Under the pieces are notes generated by a model, which had not been told where the DNA came from, did no database searches, and saw only the letters and a list, made by a program, of their open reading frames with translations. A stretch of DNA of 64,000 nt, taken from contig CAYMIU010000005.1 in the NCBI GenBank assembly GCA_964390515.1, positions 13,912 to 77,911 on the forward strand, written 5' to 3'. This DNA comes from an uncultured Stakelama sp. GTDB taxonomy: Bacteria; Pseudomonadota; Alphaproteobacteria; Sphingomonadales; Sphingomonadaceae. Both the position numbers and the translations under genes were made by a program. Positions 56,628 through 64,000 of this stretch are shown piece after piece (position 1 is the first letter of the stretch; the number at the start of each line of letters is the position of its first letter).

Positions 56628-59600
56628 TGGCTCCGGCAAACTATGTCGAGCTCCAGGTAACGAGCCACTTCTCGTTTCTGCGCGGTGCCTCGTCGCCGGA
56701 CGAACTGTTCGCGGCCGGCGCCCTGCTCGGGCACAAGGCCTTGGGTGTTGCCGATCTTGGCAGTGTCGCTGGCGTCGTGCGCGCCTGGGAGGCGCAGAAG
56801 GCGACCGGCGTCCGCCTGATCGCCGGCAGCCGCGTCAATCTGGACGATGGTCGCTCGCTGCTCCTCTACCCCACGGACCGCGCCGCCTGGTCGCGCCTGA
56901 GCCGGCTGCTGACGCTCGGCAAGTCCCGCGCGGGCAAAGGCGGCTGCGCACTTGGCTGGAGCGATGTCGTAACTTGGAGCGAGGGGCTGATCGCCATCCT
57001 GCTCCCCGACCTGCCGGGGCAAGTCACCGCTGATCACCTGGCAGAGCTGCGGGCGATCTTCGGCCAACGAGGCTATTGTTCGCTGGCCTTCCGGCGGCGC
57101 CCCGACGACGCGATGCGTTTGCACGAGCTTGCATCGCAGGCAGCGGCAGCCGGCGTGCGCGCGGTGGCGACCGGCGACGTGCTGTACCATGCACCCGAGG
57201 CCCGGCTCCTGCAGGACGTCGTCACCGCGATTCGCGAAAAGTGCACGGTCGATACGCTCGGACACCGCCGCGAGCGTCATGCCGACCGGCACCTCAAGTC
57301 TCCCGACGAGATGGCGCGACGGTTCGCCGCCTTTCCCGACGCGATCGCGGCCACCGAGGCGATCGCGCGCGCCTGCACCTTCGACCTTGGCGAGCTCAGC
57401 TACCAGTATCCGCACGAGGAAGTGGTGAAGGGCCTCACGGCTCAAGGAGCGCTGGAGCAGCTCACCCGCGAGGCCGCCGAGCGCATGTTCCCGGACGGCG
57501 TGCCGCTCCCCTACCAGAAGCAGATCGCGCACGAGCTGAGACTGGTCGGCGAGCTCGGCTACGCACCCTATTTCCTGACCGTGAACAGCATCGTCGCCGA
57601 GAGCCGGCGGCGGGGCATCCTCTGCCAGGGGCGCGGCTCGGCGGCGAACAGCTGCGTCTGCTTCGTGCTCGGCGTCACCTCGATCGACCCGATCAAGCAT
57701 GAGCTCCTGTTCGAGCGCTTCGTGAGCGGTGAGCGGCGTGAGCCGCCCGATATCGATGTCGACTTCGAGCATGAGCGGCGCGAGGAGATCATCCAGTGGA
57801 TCTATGAGACATATGGGCGGACCCGTTCGGCGCTGACCGCCGTCGTTACCCGCTACCGCGCGCGCGGCGCGGTGCGCGAGGTCGGCAAGGCGCTCGGTCT
57901 GCCCGAGGACCTGACCAAGGCGCTCGCCGGTCTCGTCTGGGGATGGAGCCAGGAAGGCGTCGGCGAGAAACAGGTCAACGAGCTTGGGCTCAACCTGGAG
58001 GACCGTCGCCTGCGGCTGGCGCTCGATCTTGCCCGCAAGCTGATCGGCGTGCCTCGTCACCTCTCGCAGCATCCCGGCGGCTTCGTGCTGACCCACGAGC
58101 GGCTCGACGACCTCGTCCCGATCGAGCCCGCCGCGATGGTCGACCGGCAGGTCATCGAGTGGGACAAGGATGATATCGACGCCCTCAAGTTCATGAAGGT
58201 CGATGTGCTGGGCCTGGGCATGCTCGGCTGCATGAACCGCGCCTTCAACCTGCTGGACGAGGCGAAGGGCGTTCGCGTCGGCATGGCCGACCTGCAGGAC
58301 GACGACCCTGACGTCTATGCCATGATCCAGAAGGCCGACACGCTCGGCGTCTTCCAGATCGAGAGCCGCGCACAGATGTCGATGCTGCCGCGCATGAAGC
58401 CGCAACGCTTCTACGATCTCGTGATCGAGGTCGCGATCGTCAGGCCCGGTCCCATCCAGGGCGACATGGTTCATCCCTATCTGCGCCGGCGCGAGGGCAT
58501 CGAGAAGCCGGATTACCCACGTCCTGAACTCCGCGCCGTTCTCGAGAAGACGCTCGGGGTCCCGCTCTTCCAGGAGCAGGCCATGAAGGTCGCGATCGTG
58601 GGAGCCGGGTTCACCCCGTCGGAGGCCGATCAGCTTCGCCGCGCCATGGCAACCTTCAAGTTCACCGGCGGGGTCAGCCATTTCTACGACAAGCTCGTGG
58701 AGGGCATGGTCGCCCGCGGCTACCCGCGCGATTTCGCCGAGCGCACCTTCAAGCAGATCGAGGGCTTCGGCTCCTACGGCTTTCCCGAGAGCCACGCCGC
58801 CTCGTTCGCGAAGATCGCCTACGCCTCCTGCTGGATGAAGCATCATCATCCGGACGTCTTCTGCGCAGCCCTGCTCAATGCGCAGCCGATGGGCTTCTAC
58901 GCGCCTGCTCAGGTGGTCCGCGACGCGCGCGAGCATGGCGTGGAGGTCCGCCCGGCCTGCATCAACGCCAGCCGGTGGGACTGTACGCTGGAACCGGGAC
59001 GCGGTCGTTATCTGGCTGTCCGCCTGGGGCTCCGCCAGGTTCGCGGCCTGGCCAATGTGCACGGTGCTGCGATCGTCGCTGCCCGCGGCGAGGCGCCGTT
59101 CCAGTCGGTCGAGGAGGTCTGGCGACGGGCGGGCGTGCCCCGCGCTGCGATCGAACGATTGGCCGAGGCGGACGCGTTCCAGGTGCTGGGTGAAGATCGG
59201 CGCCAGGGCCTGTGGAAAGTGCGCGGGCTCGGAGAGGCTCCCCTCCCCCTCTTCGCGGCTGCCGATGCCCGAGAGGCGGCATTCAGCCCGGAGGGCCTTG
59301 AGCCGCTGGTCCCGCTCAAGCCGATGTCGGATGGTCGCGAGGTGGTTGAGGACTACCGCGCGCTCCAGCTTTCGCTGCGCGCCCATCCCCTCGCCTTTCT
59401 ACGCGACGATCTCGCCCGTCGCGGACTCGTTCGCTGCGCCGATCTCGCCCGCATCAAGGATGGCCGCCATGTCGAGGTCGCCGGCATCATTCTCGTCCGC
59501 CAGAAGCCGGGATCCGCCAAGGGCGTGCTGTTCATCACCATCGAAGATGAGTCCGGGATTGCGAACGGCATTCTCTGGCCCGACCGCTTCGAGGCGCAGC

Positions 59601-59896
59601 GCCGCACCGTCATGTCGGCGGCGATGATCGGCATGAAGGGTCGCGTCCAGAAAGAGGGCGAGGTCATCCACGTCATCTGCGACCGCATCATCGACTATGG
59701 CGATCTGCTCGCGAAGGTCGGCCAGATGGACTTCCCGCATTCGACGGGACGCGGTGACGGGGCCCGCCACGCCGGTGCGCCCGATCGCGGCGATGCAGGG
59801 TGGCGCCCTGGTCCGCGCGACAGCTACTGGCCGCCGCATGCCGCCGGCATGGATCCCGAGGAGGTCGTGCGGGTCAAGACGCGCGACTTTCGGTAA
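56627..59896 (+). CDS. dnaE2: Error-prone DNA polymerase DnaE2 (ImuC)
   Basis: [59 protein letters not shown] terminus. Confidence 0.95.
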   Translation: MAPANYVELQVTSHFSFLRGASSPDELFAAGALLGHKALGVADLGSVAGVVRAWEAQKATGVRLIAGSRVNLDDGRSLLLYPTDRAAWSRLSRLLTLGKSRAGKGGCALGWSDVVTWSEGLIAILLPDLPGQVTADHLAELRAIFGQRGYCSLAFRRRPDDAMRLHELASQAAAAGVRAVATGDVLYHAPEARLLQDVVTAIREKCTVDTLGHRRERHADRHLKSPDEMARRFAAFPDAIAATEAIARACTFDLGELSYQYPHEEVVKGLTAQGALEQLTREAAERMFPDGVPLPYQKQIAHELRLVGELGYAPYFLTVNSIVAESRRRGILCQGRGSAANSCVCFVLGVTSIDPIKHELLFERFVSGERREPPDIDVDFEHERREEIIQWIYETYGRTRSALTAVVTRYRARGAVREVGKALGLPEDLTKALAGLVWGWSQEGVGEKQVNELGLNLEDRRLRLALDLARKLIGVPRHLSQHPGGFVLTHERLDDLVPIEPAAMVDRQVIEWDKDDIDALKFMKVDVLGLGMLGCMNRAFNLLDEAKGVRVGMADLQDDDPDVYAMIQKADTLGVFQIESRAQMSMLPRMKPQRFYDLVIEVAIVRPGPIQGDMVHPYLRRREGIEKPDYPRPELRAVLEKTLGVPLFQEQAMKVAIVGAGFTPSEADQLRRAMATFKFTGGVSHFYDKLVEGMVARGYPRDFAERTFKQIEGFGSYGFPESHAASFAKIAYASCWMKHHHPDVFCAALLNAQPMGFYAPAQVVRDAREHGVEVRPACINASRWDCTLEPGRGRYLAVRLGLRQVRGLANVHGAAIVAARGEAPFQSVEEVWRRAGVPRAAIERLAEADAFQVLGEDRRQGLWKVRGLGEAPLPLFAAADAREAAFSPEGLEPLVPLKPMSDGREVVEDYRALQLSLRAHPLAFLRDDLARRGLVRCADLARIKDGRHVEVAGIILVRQKPGSAKGVLFITIEDESGIANGILWPDRFEAQRRTVMSAAMIGMKGRVQKEGEVIHVICDRIIDYGDLLAKVGQMDFPHSTGRGDGARHAGAPDRGDAGWRPGPRDSYWPPHAAGMDPEEVVRVKTRDFR

Positions 59897-59899
59897 GCC

Positions 59900-60175
59900 G
59901 TGGCGTCGCTGCCGCGCCACCAGCGCGTGATCATCTCGCTGTCGCTCCACATCCTGCGGTCCGCCATGGTGCGATCGGGCGAGATGCGGGTCGATGTCGT
60001 CGAAGTCCGGCTCGCGCTCCGCTGCCTGCTCCACCACTGTCCGGAGCGCTGGCCACTCGAGCTCTTCTGGGATGCGGCCAAACAGGACAACGAGATCGGC
60101 CGGGCGCAGGGCACGACCGCCGCGTTCAACGGCATCGTCCGGCAGCTACGCCTGGCAGGTCGCCATGAGGACTGA
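59900..60175 (+). CDS. Hypothetical protein (91 aa)
   Basis: Starts 3 bp after the dnaE2 stop; overlaps the next ORF. Confidence 0.6.
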   Translation: MASLPRHQRVIISLSLHILRSAMVRSGEMRVDVVEVRLALRCLLHHCPERWPLELFWDAAKQDNEIGRAQGTTAAFNGIVRQLRLAGRHED

Positions 60176-60518
60176 GGCCGACGCACCGCTATCGGATGAT
60201 GCCGTGGACCATGTCGGGCGACGACTGCGGACACTCGAGCAGTGTGCGCTGCATCGCCGGACCTTTCGCGTGACCTGCCCGGCCTGCGGTCACGTCCGCC
60301 GGCTCGACGCAGTTCCCCTATGGTGGCTGTTCGTGAAGCGCGGCTGGGATGATGGTCTGCCCCAGGCGCTTCGCCGGCTCTGCTGCCAGCTCTGTCGGGA
60401 ACGTGGTCGGGTCGTTCGGCCACAGTTCGTCGTCACCCGCGAACAACCGGAAGGGCCGCAGCCGCCCTATCCCGATCGACACGAATGGAAGAGGGTTGTC
60501 TCGCGCTATCGCTCGTGA
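60165..60518 (+). CDS. Putative Zn-finger protein (117 aa)
   Basis: CPACGH and CCQLC pairs. Confidence 0.65.
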   Translation: MRTEADAPLSDDAVDHVGRRLRTLEQCALHRRTFRVTCPACGHVRRLDAVPLWWLFVKRGWDDGLPQALRRLCCQLCRERGRVVRPQFVVTREQPEGPQPPYPDRHEWKRVVSRYRS

Positions 60519-60530
60519 TCGGATGGGCGC

Positions 60531-61157
60531 ATGTGCAACCTGTACAACCTCAAGGTCGAACGCTGGGAGTATCTGGAATATTTCCAGGCCGGCAACGATG
60601 CACGCAACGAGCTCGAGGTCACCAAGACCTACGCCGCGCCCGGCAAGCCAGGTTACGTCGTGCGGATCGAAGATGGGAAGCGCGTGCTCAGCACCATGAA
60701 GTGGGGCTTTCCCACCCGCAAGCCGCGGAAACGACCGGCGCGCGAAGGCGAGATGCCCTTCCTGCACGACTGGTGGACGAATTGCCGCAATCTATCGAGC
60801 AACATGTGGCGACCCTGGCTGCTCAAGCCCGAGCATCGCTGCCTCGTGCCGTTCTCGCGCTTCGCAGAGCCGAAGGCGGTCGCCGATCGGAGCGGGCCGG
60901 GTGATACGAACTGGTGGTTCACCGTCTCAGACCAACCCGAACCCTGCTTCGCTGGTGTCTGGAAGGTCGATCAGGACCATGACCGGGTCTACGCCTTCTG
61001 CACGACCGAGCCGAACGCGCTGGTTGCACCCAAGCACCCAAAGGCCATGCCAGTGATCCTTATGGCAGAGGATCATGATCGATGGCTTCGTGCACCTGCA
61101 GAAGAAGCCCTGCCGCTTGTGTCGGCCTACCCCTCGCAGCTCATGAGCGTAGCGTAG
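60531..61157 (+). CDS. SOS response-associated peptidase (SRAP/HMCES-YedK family)
   Basis: MCNLY (Cys2), MKWG, RCLVPF..F.E, FAGVW, TTEPN, HPKAMPVIL. Confidence 0.92.
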   Translation: MCNLYNLKVERWEYLEYFQAGNDARNELEVTKTYAAPGKPGYVVRIEDGKRVLSTMKWGFPTRKPRKRPAREGEMPFLHDWWTNCRNLSSNMWRPWLLKPEHRCLVPFSRFAEPKAVADRSGPGDTNWWFTVSDQPEPCFAGVWKVDQDHDRVYAFCTTEPNALVAPKHPKAMPVILMAEDHDRWLRAPAEEALPLVSAYPSQLMSVA

Positions 61158-61165
61158 CGTAGCGG

Positions 61166-61690
61166 CGCAGGCCGTCGCGGAACGATCGAGACGACCTGGC
61201 TCGACAGCGTTCGCGTCGCGAAGCGCGCTTGGCCCGAGCTTTCGAGCCATCGCCTGAACGTCCCAGCAACTTCCTCGGTGTTCGGCATAAACACCACGAT
61301 GCCCTCAGCGATGCACGAGCAGCCGGCATGGTCATCGTGCGCGCGATCGAGCACACTGGTATCGATCTCGCGGGATGGCTGCGACCTGCAAACCCTCGCA
61401 GTGGCCCAGCTCCCACACCCGCGCCTGAGGGCCCTCTCAAAGGCCATAAGGTCGCCTTACTGGGTGCACCGCGCGATAGCCTCCTCGCACACCGGCTCGC
61501 TGGGCAAGGCGCGCGAGTAGTCGCGTCTGTCGGCACAACGACGACGATGCTCGTGATCAGCAAAGACCAGCCCTACGGTCGTTTTGTCCATGCCAGTCCC
61601 GCTTACCGAAAGGCCGAGGAGCTTCGGCAGCTTGGATCCAAGTTGAAGATTGTCGCCGAGCACGAGCTGTTCGTATCAGGGATCGCCTAG
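61166..61690 (+). pseudogene. 5'-truncated, frameshifted DnaQ-like 3'-5' exonuclease with BRCT-like tail
   Basis: TWLDSVRVAKRAWPELSSHRLNV (one frame), then NFLGVRHKHHDALSDARAA..LKGHKVALLG..VGTTTTMLV (another frame). Exo I/II motifs are absent. Confidence 0.7.
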
Positions 61691-61823
61691 CCTAGCGATC
61701 GTGGTACCAAAATGTGAAATCGCCCGCGACTGGGGCGCCGTAGATTTGGGAAGCCGTCAAGCGGACCTTGGAGGGAAGCAGGCGCGGTAGGTTTGCACCT
61801 GCCTACCTCAAAGGGGTGGAAAT

Positions 61824-62084
61824 ATGACAATCGCGCGAGCATACTTTCCTGGCATGTCCGACCCGATCAATGACTCGCTGAGCCAATCGGCTAAGGGTGA
61901 GGCTGAATGGCAACGCCGCCCGGCTACGCGCGACGGAACAACCTATTCCGGACTCGATCCTGGAATGCTCAACAGGGAAACGCGCGCTGGCTTCAAGCCT
62001 TCCGGTAAACACCCGATTAGTAAGGTGTGGCTCATTGCATTTGCAATCTCAATGCTACTCATCGTGATTTATCTTCTGACGTAA
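61824..62084 (+). CDS. Small hypothetical protein with a C-terminal TM helix
   Basis: ..KVWLIAFAISMLLIVIYLLT. Confidence 0.45.
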   Translation: MTIARAYFPGMSDPINDSLSQSAKGEAEWQRRPATRDGTTYSGLDPGMLNRETRAGFKPSGKHPISKVWLIAFAISMLLIVIYLLT

Positions 62085-62087
62085 AGT

Positions 62088-64000
62088 TCACTTTCGCTTA
62101 CCCCACTCTCGCGTCTCCTTCGCGCCGTCCCGATCCACCTCGACAGCGTCAAGGTTTGTGGAACTCGCAACAGAGGCTTGCTTGCGGTCGACGGTAGACT
62201 GCCCTGTTACCAACGCTTCGGCTACATCATACCGAATATCAAGGCCCGGCAACGCAGGCGCTTCTGGAGCACTCTGTTGCGCCTTTGCTACCGATCTTGG
62301 ATACGCATGCGGACGATCCAGACCACTGTCGTCGACGACCAGGGCTCGCTCTTCAGCCTCTGAGCGGATGCGATCGCCAGCATTCTTGATATATCGGCTG
62401 ATCAGAAGATCTCTTTCTGCCGCCACGTTGGTATCTGAGCTTGACCAGTCTGCAGCATTGGCTGGGTCAAACCTTTGGTACACGAGAGACGTTGAGGCGA
62501 TCTCTTCACGAGCAAACCTGAGAAAAGCGTCGCTTGTATTAAGTGCGCCGGTAGCACCGTTCGAGGAGCTGCTGGACCAGCGCTGCTCGATCCGATCTGC
62601 CGTTTCGAAGTAACGACGGGCTTCTCGACTCTGAGTGTGAGCGGTGGTCGCAGCCGAGCTAATTCCGGAAGCATTGCTCGCTACGTCTGATCGCGTTGAT
62701 GTGACGGCTGACCGCTCGAACGCGTCGCGCGTGTGCGACCAGCCTCGATCAGATGACCACGAGGTAAGTGCGTCGGCAATCCGGCTAGCGTCTTTGCTGA
62801 CCGCTGCGACATCCGTGGAACTCCACCGCTTTGAAGCTCCGGCGGACGCTCCCGCCGAGCCCCCTATCCGCGCGATACCGACCGAGCCGCCGACACTGCC
62901 TTCTATGCCAACCGACCCGGTTATGAACTTTTCGGCAGCGATCGTGTCCGCCACCTCGGCCCGAAGGCCGAAGCGGTTCTGCAGCATCTCCGATGCACGA
63001 TCCACTTCGTTGAAACTTTCGCTAATCGCCGCGCGATCGTCACTGCCATAGCTATTCGATATAGATCGATCATTGCTCACAGCGTGCCGGAACTCTTGAA
63101 AGCGGGTCACCGCGTTCGAAGTGCTCTGAACCGCTTGGTTGGACAGCGTTTCTCCACGGCTCCTCGTCTCAGACGCGACCTTCGCGGCCTCCGCAGCAAC
63201 GGATTGCGTGACCTGCGGCGCGAACGGCAACCGCGAGACAGGGACGTCCAGTAGCTGATTGCCGGCAAAGCTGGTCGCTACCGTGCCGGTGTCGTTGAAA
63301 GCACGGGTCTGGGCTGCCCCATAGGTAAAGCTCGGCGCCTGGTTCCACTGATCGTGCTGGCGGGTCTGCACCGTCTGATTGTCGAAGCTGGAGTTCCCTA
63401 GCGCGATGTTGCCGGTGGAGGCTTCTCGCGCCGCCTCCTCGGCCGCGTTCTGCGAGGGGTTCAGATAGCTGGTCGCCTGGCTCGAGATCGCCATCGCACC
63501 GCGTGCGATACCTCCGGCGAGGAAGGGTATCGAGGCGACCAGATACCCGGCGAGCAGGCCGACGTCGCTGTTCGCCTCTGACATGCCCGTGAAGCTGGCC
63601 ATGGTGAGACCGGAGCCCCCGCCTGCTCCAGTTACCTCGCCTGCTCCTTTGAACATCATCACCATATGGAGGATGACGTAGAGCGGTCCCCAGGCCGCCA
63701 AATAGAAGAAGCCGGTCAGGTAGCCCTTAAGCGCATAGGGTCCGCTTCGCGGCATGAGGAACAAGGGGAAGAGCACCGGGAAGAGAGCGTAGAAGATCAC
63801 CGTCAGCACGATGTTGAGGATGGGCACCCACTTCATCGCCGCGTGCGCAATCGAGCCGTAGGTGCGCTCGGTCTGGATGTCAGCGCGCGTCTGCGCGTAG
63901 ACGTCCACGCTTCCTGTTCCGCTCGTGCCGGCGGCGCCGTGCATGGCCTGCTGCATGGCGTTGATCGTGAGCGTCTGGCGCAGGATCTCGCTCGCGGAAG
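62088..64000 (-). CDS. traG: F-type conjugal transfer protein TraG, 5'-truncated by the window edge
   Basis: WVPIL..YALFPVLFPL..YLAAWGPLYVILH..GYLVASIPFLAGGI membrane region, then a long Ser/Ala-rich periplasmic tail. Confidence 0.88.
   Translation of the reverse strand, partial: SASEILRQTLTINAMQQAMHGAAGTSGTGSVDVYAQTRADIQTERTYGSIAHAAMKWVPILNIVLTVIFYALFPVLFPLFLMPRSGPYALKGYLTGFFYLAAWGPLYVILHMVMMFKGAGEVTGAGGGSGLTMASFTGMSEANSDVGLLAGYLVASIPFLAGGIARGAMAISSQATSYLNPSQNAAEEAAREASTGNIALGNSSFDNQTVQTRQHDQWNQAPSFTYGAAQTRAFNDTGTVATSFAGNQLLDVPVSRLPFAPQVTQSVAAEAAKVASETRSRGETLSNQAVQSTSNAVTRFQEFRHAVSNDRSISNSYGSDDRAAISESFNEVDRASEMLQNRFGLRAEVADTIAAEKFITGSVGIEGSVGGSVGIARIGGSAGASAGASKRWSSTDVAAVSKDASRIADALTSWSSDRGWSHTRDAFERSAVTSTRSDVASNASGISSAATTAHTQSREARRYFETADRIEQRWSSSSSNGATGALNTSDAFLRFAREEIASTSLVYQRFDPANAADWSSSDTNVAAERDLLISRYIKNAGDRIRSEAEERALVVDDSGLDRPHAYPRSVAKAQQSAPEAPALPGLDIRYDVAEALVTGQSTVDRKQASVASSTNLDAVEVDRDGAKETREWGKRK

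Noticed and set aside
56513-59386. 957-aa minus-strand ORF (likewise 22894-25071, 25602-28139, 45810-47669, 40874-42910)
   Set aside because: Antisense shadows of dnaE2, parB, ardC-DUF2493, catalase and kinase genes; no independent coding signal.

Overview
GC-rich alphaproteobacterial DNA, sphingomonad-like by inference from gene content. It looks like part of a large F-type/MOBF conjugative element (plasmid or ICE). Layout: (1) 1-7.3 kb stress cargo: KaiC-like ATPase running off the left edge, two small heat-shock genes behind an RpoH-like promoter and a ROSE-like RNA thermometer, frameshifted marC, and a MASE1-PAS-GGDEF cyclase. (2) 7.4-13.2 kb defence cassette: serine resolvase | vapBC - TIR-APAZ - short prokaryotic Argonaute (a SPARTA system) | Cre-like tyrosine recombinase. 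(3) 14.9-31 kb: S24/CI-like repressor-Cro switch with LexA boxes, then a conjugative leading region (toprim, MTase-helicase, TA, ParB, ArdC, DUF2493, NUDIX, nuclease, SSB) pointing towards a candidate oriT. (4) 31.2-36.8 kb: RHH-traD-MOBF relaxase. (5) 37-54 kb general-stress island: two hybrid kinases, Crp, hydrolases, two catalase-like genes, EcfG-like promoters. (6) 54-61.7 kb LexA-boxed imuA-imuB(broken)-dnaE2-SRAP mutasome. (7) the 3' part of traG. No CRISPR array, rRNA, tRNA or IS transposase was seen. All calls are from reading motifs by eye; no database search was run.
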